Positions 1 to 7,087 of a DNA stretch of 64,000 nt are shown here, piece after piece (positions within the stretch are counted from its first letter, which is position 1; the number at the start of each line of letters is the position of its first letter). The stretch is from Dehalococcoidia bacterium. GTDB lineage: Bacteria > Chloroflexota > Dehalococcoidia > Lucifugimonadales > UBA3495. Under the pieces are notes generated by a model. The model was not told where the DNA came from and searched no databases. It saw nothing but the letters and a program-made list of their open reading frames with translations. Made by a program: the position numbers and the translations under genes. Location: the NCBI GenBank assembly GCA_965242615.1, contig CBDESR010000005.1, positions 838,854 through 902,853 on the forward strand. The letters run 5' to 3'.

Positions 1-310
1 CCTTATCCGGCTCGGCGGTGTGCCAGATGTCCATTGAACGGAAGTGGGAACGGTTGGGGTTGGGATAGCCGATGCCGTGGATGATGGCTACTTCGCCGCG
101 GTCATACAGCTCTTTGACCGGGGCTAATGCCGGATTAAAGCCTACCCGGTCGTCCAGGGGCAAAACCTGCTCCGGCGGGATATGGACGGTAGGGCGGTAG
201 TCGTAATAGCGGCCGTCGGCGTAGGGAACAACGGTGTTCAGATAGTCGTTGCCCCCGGTGAGTTGGACAACGACCAGAACCGGGTCTTTAACGGCGGCGG
301 TGTTAGTCAT
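1..310 (-). CDS. DUF1501-type (sulfatase-like) protein, N-terminal part; gene runs off the window start
   Basis: Not in the ORF track because it is cut by the window edge. Reverse-strand ATG at 310 with AAGGAG 8 nt upstream. Translation MTNTAAVKDPVLVVVQLTGGNDYLNTVVPYADGRYYDYRP...IIHGIGYPNPNRSHFRSMDIWHTAEPDK resembles the conserved N-terminus of DUF1501 proteins (recall, not searched). Confidence 0.6.
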   Translation of the reverse strand, partial: MTNTAAVKDPVLVVVQLTGGNDYLNTVVPYADGRYYDYRPTVHIPPEQVLPLDDRVGFNPALAPVKELYDRGEVAIIHGIGYPNPNRSHFRSMDIWHTAEPDK

Positions 311-392
311 CGGGATGGCTCCTTGGGGTGAAGGTGTGAGGGAAGTTTAACATATATAATGGCTTTATTCGAGGGATTGCGGCGGTTTTTTT

Positions 393-1862
393 ATGTTTGG
401 CAGGAGACGGGCGTCAAGCGGGGTGGCGTTGGCGGTTATTGGGTTGGGGGCGTTTTTTACGGCGTTGGACCAGACGGTGGTGGTGACGGTATTGCCGGCG
501 GTGATGCGGGATTTGCGGATTCCCATTGGGGAGTTGGACCGAGTAGCGTGGGTGGTAACGGCGTATTTGCTGGGCTATACGGCGTTTATGCCGATTATCG
601 GGCGGTGGGCGGATGTGTATGGCTATCCCCGGATTTATCTGCTGATGCTGGGGGTGTTTGCCGGGGGGAGCGTGCTGGTAGCGGTGTCGGGGAGTTTGGA
701 ATGGATGATTGGGGCGCGGGTGGTCCAGGCAATCGGCGGGGCGGCGGCGGTGCCCATCGGGATGGCAATGGCGGTGTCAGTGGTACCAGAGGAGCGGCGG
801 GGGCTGGCTTTGGGGATTGTAGGCGGCGCGGCGGAGGCGGGGTCGATGCTAGGGCCGGCCTACGGCGGGGCGATTGTGGAATGGGCGAACTGGCGGTGGC
901 TGTTCTGGTTGAATCTGCCGCAGGCGGCGCTGGTGGCGGCGGGATTGCTGCTGCTGTCGAATGAGCGGCAGCGGGCGGCGACGGTGGATTATCGGGGCGG
1001 GATTTTGCTGGTGGCGGCGTTGGTGGTTTTATCGGTGGCATTGTCGCGGCCGGGGCTGTTCACCGGGGAGTCGGCATTGCCTTTGGTATTGCTGGGCGGC
1101 GGGTTGGCGTTGGCGGCGGGATTGGGATTTTTGGAGCGGCGGGTAAATCAGCCATTGCTGCCGCCGGCGTTGTTCCGTTCCCGGGCGTTTTTGATGGCGA
1201 ATTTGACGCAGCTGCTGGTGGGAGTGGCGTTGATTATCGCATTGGTTACGACGCCGCTAATGGCAAATACGGTGATGGGGCGAGACGCTTTTACGGGGGC
1301 GTTGTGGCTGCTGCGGTTGACGGCGGCGATACCGGTGGGGGCGATAGTCGGGGGTTTGCTGCTGGGACGATTGGGGGCGCAGCCGGTAACGATAGCCGGG
1401 CTGCTGCTGACGGCGGGCGGGTTGTATCTGGTCAGCGGTTGGGGGTTGGATATTGGGGAGCCGGAGTTGACGGTACATTTGGCGATAGCCGGGTTGGGGT
1501 TCGGATTGGTGATTGCGCCGATAACGGCGGTGGCGATTAACGCGGTGGCGGCGGATTACCGGGGGACGGCGGCGGCGCTGGTGGTGGTGGCGCGGCTGCT
1601 GGGGATGACTTTGGGATTGGCAGCATTGGCGGCGTGGGGGATTACGGAGTTTCAGTCGCTGACGGCGGGGTTGACGCTGCCGCTGCCAATGGCGGGGGAG
1701 ACGGCGCTGGAGCAGGCGGCGCGGTTGGCGGCGTATGGGGATGGGGTGCGGCAGGCGGGGTTGACGGTGTTTCAGGGATTTTTCCGGGTGGGGGCGGTGA
1801 TGGCGTTGGCGGGGGTTATGGGGGCGGCGTTTTTTGGCAAGGGCGGGGTTAGGGGTGATTGA
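393..1862 (+). CDS. MFS transporter, DHA2 (EmrB/QacA-like) drug:H+ antiporter family
   Basis: 489-aa ORF that is hydrophobic throughout, with many predicted TM spans. N-terminal LDQTVVVTVLPAV...RVAWVVTAYLLGYTAFMPIIGRWADVYG is typical of 14-TMS MFS exporters. Confidence 0.8.
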   Translation: MFGRRRASSGVALAVIGLGAFFTALDQTVVVTVLPAVMRDLRIPIGELDRVAWVVTAYLLGYTAFMPIIGRWADVYGYPRIYLLMLGVFAGGSVLVAVSGSLEWMIGARVVQAIGGAAAVPIGMAMAVSVVPEERRGLALGIVGGAAEAGSMLGPAYGGAIVEWANWRWLFWLNLPQAALVAAGLLLLSNERQRAATVDYRGGILLVAALVVLSVALSRPGLFTGESALPLVLLGGGLALAAGLGFLERRVNQPLLPPALFRSRAFLMANLTQLLVGVALIIALVTTPLMANTVMGRDAFTGALWLLRLTAAIPVGAIVGGLLLGRLGAQPVTIAGLLLTAGGLYLVSGWGLDIGEPELTVHLAIAGLGFGLVIAPITAVAINAVAADYRGTAAALVVVARLLGMTLGLAALAAWGITEFQSLTAGLTLPLPMAGETALEQAARLAAYGDGVRQAGLTVFQGFFRVGAVMALAGVMGAAFFGKGGVRGD

Positions 1863-1940
1863 GGATGGGAATGGGGGGATGAGGGATGGAGTTCCGGGTT
1901 TCCGTCATTTCCGTGAAAAAGGGGAATGCGGAAAGGGCGG

Positions 1941-1974
1941 GGATTCTGGATTCCCCCTTTCGGGGGAAGGATGG
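1941..1974. repeat. REP-A hairpin repeat copy (GGATTCCC-N-GGGAAKGA core)
   Basis: ggattctggattccccctttcgggggaaggatgg. Same family as 10466, 10835, 13389, 26001, 38115, 60101, 60144 and 62336. Confidence 0.7.
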
Positions 1975-2062
1975 TAGGCGGGCAGGCGGGACGGTTGCTA
2001 TAGGCGATAGACTTGGGGGAAGTACGGCCGGCCGCCTTTGCTGGCGGCCGGCTTTGGGGTGG

Positions 2063-2371
2063 TTAGCCGTGGTGGCCGTTTTGGGTGGTGTCGAGGGTGG
2101 GCGGGGGTTCGGTAAAGGGTTCGCCGTTGGCTTGGGCCGTTTCCCGGCGACGGTTCCAGTCCTCCCAGGCTTTCTGCTGGGTTTGGATACCTTGGGCGAT
2201 GCCCTGTTCGAGGCCGCGGCGGTGGCCCAGGTCGTAGCGTTGCTGCTTAAACATTTCGCCAATCATTTTCCATACCTCCGGAATGGCGTAGTTGATGAAC
2301 CAGAGACTAACCAGGCAGAAGCTGGCGATGGCCAGTCCCTCGACCACGGCCCGGCAAAAGAATAGCCCCAC
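2063..2371 (-). CDS. Small membrane protein with charged Q/G-rich tail (hypothetical)
   Basis: 102-aa ORF with a GTG at 2371 and no clear RBS, so the start is uncertain. One N-terminal TM span (VVEGLAIASFCLVSLWFINYAI), then GLEQGIAQGIQTQQKAWEDWNRRRETAQANGEPF. Confidence 0.45.
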   Translation of the reverse strand: MGLFFCRAVVEGLAIASFCLVSLWFINYAIPEVWKMIGEMFKQQRYDLGHRRGLEQGIAQGIQTQQKAWEDWNRRRETAQANGEPFTEPPPTLDTTQNGHHG

Positions 2372-2490
2372 CAGTCAATTTGCCGGCAAGGACAAACCGA
2401 GGGTGGGGAGGATTGATAGAACGATACCACCATCCGCCAAGGTTGTCAACCCCTGGTTTGCGGATTGGCGGCGATTGTAATACGCGGCGG

Positions 2491-2540
2491 CAAAAAAGCA
2501 AAGGGGGCGGGAGGCTCTGCAACAACCCGCCCCCTTTGCG
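2491..2540 (-). terminator. Rho-independent terminator of 2589..3605
   Basis: Perfect 14-bp stem gcaaagggggcggg/cccgccccctttgc (2497-2540) with a 14-nt loop, followed on the minus strand by TTTTTT (2491-2496). Lies 49 nt after the stop codon. Confidence 0.75.
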
Positions 2541-2588
2541 GTTAGCGTGCGATGGCTAGTGTGCGGCGATAGCCGGCCGCGGCTGGCG

Positions 2589-3605
2589 TCACCGGCGGAT
2601 TTTCTTGATGCAGGTGACGCTGAAGGGGAAACTTTGGCGGGCCCAGCTATACCAGTTGGGGTCACTGCTCTCTCTCAGGTAGGCGTAATAATTATTCGCC
2701 TGCTCCGCCGCCAGTCGTACGGCATCGCCGGCCGCCCCATCGGCATCCGCATCACTTACCGTGCCGAGCACGTGTTCCGTGAGCCTATTTTCGGGCCACG
2801 CCCGACCGGTGCCGCCGCTCTCATTTCTCTTGGTCGAAATCCAAGGGGTGCTCCCGTCACTGGGGTCAACGAAGGACATTTCGGGGTTGACCCCGCGTTG
2901 ATAGCCCAAAGCCCGGCAGCGCTCGTTGCCCTTTTCCCGGAGCAGGGTGTCCCAATTATTGAGCCGGGAGTGCGGTCCGCCGTACCGGTCATTCGGTATC
3001 GTCTCATCAAAGTAGGGATTAAAACCCACGCCAGTAAAACGGTGTTGGGCTTCTAAGATCCGGGAGCCGACAGCCGTCTTAGCGGTCCTTGCCCCCCACA
3101 AGGACCAAACCATCTGGTCAAAGTCGGCGCTGGGTTCGAGGAACAGGCGTTTGGTGATGGTGCGGCGGCGGCGGCGTTCCTCCCGGGGGAACTCAAAAAT
3201 CAGGTCGCGGCTGACGCCGGTTACGCCGGACTCCCCATCCGTCAGATACCCCTCTTGGGCCGCCAGAAAGCCGCGGAAGTTGCCGCTTTGGCCGAAATAG
3301 ACGGTGTCGTCCCGCTCGTTGCGGTCCCGGCCGGCAAGCCAAGTTTCGGCCTTGGTCCAGGTGTCGGACTGGTCGATGGCGCAGTAGATGGATTTGCCCC
3401 GGTTCGCCGCCAAGGTTTCGAGGATCATCGAGACGCGGGCATCGTCCGCATCGGCAACGGCCGGGGATTCTTGCCAGTCGGAGCAGTCCCAAGGAATGGA
3501 ACGGGGGGCCGCCTGGGCCGTGGGGTCAGGGCTGGCGGTAAAGAACAGGAGCAGGGTCAAGGCGGACAGGGCAAGGATGGCAATGGGGAATCGATAGCGG
3601 TTCAT
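2589..3605 (-). CDS. Secreted protein, paralog A (shared N-terminal domain, unique C-terminal half)
   Basis: ORF 2589..3833 trimmed to ATG 3605 (GGAGG upstream, and alignment with the paralog). MNRYRFPIAILALSALTLLLFFTASPDPTAQAAP is a signal peptide. Residues about 1-150 are nearly identical to 12056..12940. The C-terminus ends SVTCIKKIRR. Confidence 0.75.
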   Translation of the reverse strand: MNRYRFPIAILALSALTLLLFFTASPDPTAQAAPRSIPWDCSDWQESPAVADADDARVSMILETLAANRGKSIYCAIDQSDTWTKAETWLAGRDRNERDDTVYFGQSGNFRGFLAAQEGYLTDGESGVTGVSRDLIFEFPREERRRRRTITKRLFLEPSADFDQMVWSLWGARTAKTAVGSRILEAQHRFTGVGFNPYFDETIPNDRYGGPHSRLNNWDTLLREKGNERCRALGYQRGVNPEMSFVDPSDGSTPWISTKRNESGGTGRAWPENRLTEHVLGTVSDADADGAAGDAVRLAAEQANNYYAYLRESSDPNWYSWARQSFPFSVTCIKKIRR

Positions 3606-3663
3606 TGGGGATACCTCCGGGCGGCCAGAGCCTTTTAATGCCGGCGGTGATGCCGGTAATAAA

Positions 3664-3692
3664 AGTGTAGGAAAGGGCGGGATTTTTGTCAA
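3664..3692 (-). promoter_or_regulatory. Predicted sigma70-type promoter of paralog A (TTGACA-17-TACACT)
   Basis: Minus strand reads TTGACA (3687-3692), a 17-nt spacer, then TACACT (3664-3669). The same architecture occurs upstream of paralog B. Confidence 0.45.
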
Positions 3693-3711
3693 GCCAAAAA
3701 TCCCGCCCTTT
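3672..3711. promoter_or_regulatory. Perfect 16-bp palindrome enclosing the -35 box (hairpin/operator/antisense terminator)
   Basis: aaagggcgggattttt-gtcaagcc-aaaaatcccgcccttt. On the + strand it is followed by a T-run. Its counterpart at 13002-13044 has a different stem sequence but also pairs perfectly. Confidence 0.6.
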
Positions 3712-3872
3712 TTGCGATTGGGGGAAATTGGGGCGGGGAGGGGTTGGCTGCCGGAGGGGTTTGGGATTCCCGGGAGGGGGGAATTTCGCGAAATTTTTTG
3801 GTTTTTGGGCGGCGGAGTTTTGTTACTCCCCATATTTCTAGCTTTATGTAAAGCCGATAATTGCCCCGCGTC

Positions 3873-3900
3873 TTGACGCCGCCGGGCAAGGGGATATAAT
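3873..3900 (+). promoter_or_regulatory. Predicted promoter of res-mod operon (TTGACG-16-TATAAT)
   Basis: TTGACG at 3873-3878, TATAAT at 3895-3900. About 80 nt upstream of the res ATG. An 18-nt palindrome ccggcgcggccgcgccgg lies in the leader. Confidence 0.5.
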
Positions 3901-3979
3901 CCCCCCGGCAGACTATTCCGCCGCCATCCGACCGGCGCGGCCGCGCCGGCAAAACCGCGCCGGGGGAACCAAGGATCTT

Positions 3980-6900
3980 ATGCTCGATACTGCGCCGCGC
4001 CCGCTAGACCCCAAAACCGAACCGGTCATCAACGACCCTTACGCGCCGCCCCGCTACTACTGGCAGCTGAACGACCAGACCGTCGCCGTTTATAACTCGG
4101 CGGTGGCGGGGCGGCGGCCCTCCCAAAACATTCCGCCGGTCGCCGGCTCCCGGGTGAAAACCCTGGGCCAACCCGGAATGCTGGGGACGGCGTGGCCCGA
4201 GCTGAAACTGGTCAACCAAATCCGCGCCCGGGTGCTGGAGTGGCAGCAAGCCGATTATCCCGGCATTACCGACACCACCCGCCGCCTGATTCGCTACTGG
4301 ACGGGCGCGGATGGGGAGGAGGCTCCGGAACGGCGGCTTTACTTCGCCCAACTGGACGCGGCCCTGACCCACATCTGGCTCCGGGAGGCGCAGCCGGGGG
4401 ATATTCTGGAGCAGTTGGCGGCGGTCAACGCCCAATACAATGACGGCATCGACCGCCTGTGCCACAAGATGGCCACCGGGGCCGGCAAGACTTTGGTAAT
4501 GGCCTTGCTGATTATCTGGCAGACCGCCAATCACTTGGAGGACCGGGATGACCCGCGTTTTACTAACCGCTTTCTGCTGCTGACGCCGGGCATTACCGTG
4601 CGGGATCGGTTGAAATCCTTAAAGCCCCACCGTCCCGGCAATGCCTACGCCGAGTTCGAGCTGCTGCCGCCGGGGGATGAGTGGGAGCCGTGCCTGGCCC
4701 AAGCCCAGGTGCGGGTCGCCAACTATCACCAGTTGGAACCCCGCAGCGTAGCCCTCAAGCCGCGCCAGAACGAGCAAAACCTACTGGACGGCGGCCGCCA
4801 TCCCACTACCGCCGCCGAAGCCCAAGACCAGCTGGAATCTCCGCCGGAAATCGTGACCCGCATTACCGGCTTGGCCCCCCAAGTTGCCGGGCGGGTTATG
4901 GTACTGAACGATGAAAGCCACCACTGTCACCGCGGCGACCCGGAGAAGGCGGCGGTCAATACCGTATGGTTCAGCGGACTGGCGGCCCTGCGGGATGCCG
5001 GCCGCCTCCATTACGCCGCCGACTTTTCCGCTACGCCCACCTACATTGCCCAGGCCAATCCCCGGCCGGTGGAGTGGATTGTCAGCGACTACAACCTGAT
5101 TGAGGCTATGGAAGCCGGCTTGGTCAAAATCCCCCAAGTGCCAACCTGGGAAAGCAGCGGCTCCGGGGAACCCCATTACCGCGATTTGTACGCCAATACC
5201 CGGCCGGCCGCCGACCGCCAGAAGTTCGACCCGGCCGACGCCGCCAACAACGAACAGCTGAAAGCCGCCCTGCAAGCCCTCTATCAGGATTATGCGGCTA
5301 CCGATGAAAAGTGGCGCGCCGAACACCGCAAACGGCTGGAACTGCTCGAGCCGGGGGCGGAACCGCCGCCTTGCCCCCAGCCGGTTATCGCTGTAGTGAT
5401 GAACCGGGTAAGCAATGCCAACGGAGTCTTTCAGTACCTGGCGGAGAATAGGTCCAGCCAGGGGATGCCGCTGCTCTGCAACGACACCGGGGCCGGGCAG
5501 CCGCCGGCAACGATTATCGTCCACAGCCAACTCGAGGTGGACGGCGGCAAAATGCCGGCCGGCTTGCTCAAATCCATTCAGGAATTGGCGGCCCGCTACC
5601 GGGAAATTCCGGCTTACGGCTTTACCGACAAAGACCGGCCGGAGGACATCCTGCGCCGCGCCTTAAACACCGTCGGCAAACCGGGGAAACCCGGCGAACA
5701 CGTCCGCTGCGTCGTTTCCGTGGAAATGCTTACCGAGGGTTGGGACGCTAAAACCGTTACCCATTTGCTCGGGTTTCGCAAGTTCGACTCCAGCCTGCTC
5801 TGCGAACAGGTCGCCGGCCGCACCCTGCGGCGGGTCAACCAGGACTTGCAAGCCGACGGCCGCTTTCCCCCGGAATATGCCCAAATCCTCGGCATTCCCT
5901 TTCCCCGGTACAACGATGCCGCGCCGGCCCGCCATTGCCCCCGCTGCGGTCTGGCACCGGCCGACTGCGCTTGCCCGCCGCCCTTCGCGATGGTAACGGT
6001 CGAAGCCCGCAGCAGCCACCAGCGCTATCGCATCGACTGGCCGCACATCCTGCGGATGGAGCGCAACGACCGGGCCCCGGCGGTCAGCGTCACGGCGGCG
6101 GCCAAGCCGGAACGGCCGTGCCAAGTCAGCCTATCGGCTACCGGGGAAGTTACCATTGAAACCGAGGGCGTTATCGGCGAGGGGCGGGCCATTTACCAGG
6201 TGGCGGCCACGGCCTCCGGGGAGCATTTCCTGTACCGGATGGCCGCCCAAGCCACGAAAATTATCAAGGATGAACTGGAGCAGGAGCAGGGGGATTATGT
6301 AACCCTGATGCACCGCATCTTTGCCGAAACTCTGGCGGCGGCCCGGCACTTCCGGGCGACCGGCTGGATTAGCGGCCCCCCGGATGTTGCCGCCGCGGCG
6401 GCGGATCCGGCGGCGGCCGGCCCCCAAGACGCCGACCGCTGGCCGGTGGATGACCGCACGGTAGCCTACGCCGGGGAATGGCTCCGCCGCAATCTGGAAA
6501 TGGACAAGCCGGGGCCGGACAGCGAATTGGCAATGTCCCTCATCCCCTCGCCGCGCCAACCGTGGCGGGAAACCGCCGAACTGAATCCCTACACTACCGC
6601 CCAGAACCCGGACCTGGTGTACGGGCCGGCCCGCAAATCCCAGCTCAGCTATGCCCACTGCGACAGCTCCTGGGAAACGCAGGTTGCCCGGCAGTTGGAT
6701 GAATTGCCCGCCATCGACCGCTGGACGCGCAATCGCCGGCTGAACTGGTATATTCCCTATGTCTCCGACCGCCAGCCGCATCGCTACTATCCGGACTTCG
6801 TCGCCGTCGCCGCCCTGCCCAACAGCCAAGAGCTGCATATCGTTATCGAAGTCAAGGGCGAGGAGCAGGAAAGCGACCGGGTCAAGCGGCGCTGGGCGGA

Positions 6901-7078
6901 ACAGTACTGGATCCCGGCCATCAACCAGCATCCCGACTACGGCGCCGCCGCCGGCCAGGTGTGGGCTTTCCTCTATCTGGATGACGCCGCCCTGGTGGCC
7001 ACGGCCGCCGCCGCGGTTCAGGAAGTTATTGACCGGCACTGGGCCGCCGCCGATTCCCAAGAATCGGGAAAGGAGTAA
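3980..7078 (+). CDS. res: Type III restriction enzyme Res subunit (SF2 helicase + C-terminal PD-(D/E)XK nuclease)
   Basis: 1032 aa. Motif I MATGAGKTLVMA, motif II VLNDESHH, motif VI EQVAGRTLRR preceded by TEGWDAKTVTHLLGFR. The C-terminal YYPDFVAV...IVIEVKG is nuclease-like. A DNA methyltransferase gene follows 9 nt downstream. Confidence 0.85.
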   Translation: MLDTAPRPLDPKTEPVINDPYAPPRYYWQLNDQTVAVYNSAVAGRRPSQNIPPVAGSRVKTLGQPGMLGTAWPELKLVNQIRARVLEWQQADYPGITDTTRRLIRYWTGADGEEAPERRLYFAQLDAALTHIWLREAQPGDILEQLAAVNAQYNDGIDRLCHKMATGAGKTLVMALLIIWQTANHLEDRDDPRFTNRFLLLTPGITVRDRLKSLKPHRPGNAYAEFELLPPGDEWEPCLAQAQVRVANYHQLEPRSVALKPRQNEQNLLDGGRHPTTAAEAQDQLESPPEIVTRITGLAPQVAGRVMVLNDESHHCHRGDPEKAAVNTVWFSGLAALRDAGRLHYAADFSATPTYIAQANPRPVEWIVSDYNLIEAMEAGLVKIPQVPTWESSGSGEPHYRDLYANTRPAADRQKFDPADAANNEQLKAALQALYQDYAATDEKWRAEHRKRLELLEPGAEPPPCPQPVIAVVMNRVSNANGVFQYLAENRSSQGMPLLCNDTGAGQPPATIIVHSQLEVDGGKMPAGLLKSIQELAARYREIPAYGFTDKDRPEDILRRALNTVGKPGKPGEHVRCVVSVEMLTEGWDAKTVTHLLGFRKFDSSLLCEQVAGRTLRRVNQDLQADGRFPPEYAQILGIPFPRYNDAAPARHCPRCGLAPADCACPPPFAMVTVEARSSHQRYRIDWPHILRMERNDRAPAVSVTAAAKPERPCQVSLSATGEVTIETEGVIGEGRAIYQVAATASGEHFLYRMAAQATKIIKDELEQEQGDYVTLMHRIFAETLAAARHFRATGWISGPPDVAAAAADPAAAGPQDADRWPVDDRTVAYAGEWLRRNLEMDKPGPDSELAMSLIPSPRQPWRETAELNPYTTAQNPDLVYGPARKSQLSYAHCDSSWETQVARQLDELPAIDRWTRNRRLNWYIPYVSDRQPHRYYPDFVAVAALPNSQELHIVIEVKGEEQESDRVKRRWAEQYWIPAINQHPDYGAAAGQVWAFLYLDDAALVATAAAAVQEVIDRHWAAADSQESGKE

Positions 7079-7087
7079 CCCCCCGCT

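Noticed and set aside
359-964. Alternative-frame ORFs inside the first MFS gene (359..964, 961..1146, 1304..1540, 1634..1852) and similar Gly/Arg-rich overlapping frames elsewhere.
   Set aside because: These are frame-shifted readings of a G/T-rich transporter gene. Their composition is repetitive Gly/Arg/Trp, with no independent start signals.
2589-3833. N-terminal extensions in the ORF track: 2589..3833, 9926..10921, 14613..16136, 15751..16788, 17383..19722, 20298..21719, 23360..25213, 32671..34269, 36567..38192, 53408..54043, 16610..17173.
   Set aside because: The extensions run through REP elements or upstream genes, are Pro/Arg-rich junk, and lack an RBS. Internal starts with Shine-Dalgarno sequences, paralog alignment or family N-termini give the trimmed coordinates used in the features.
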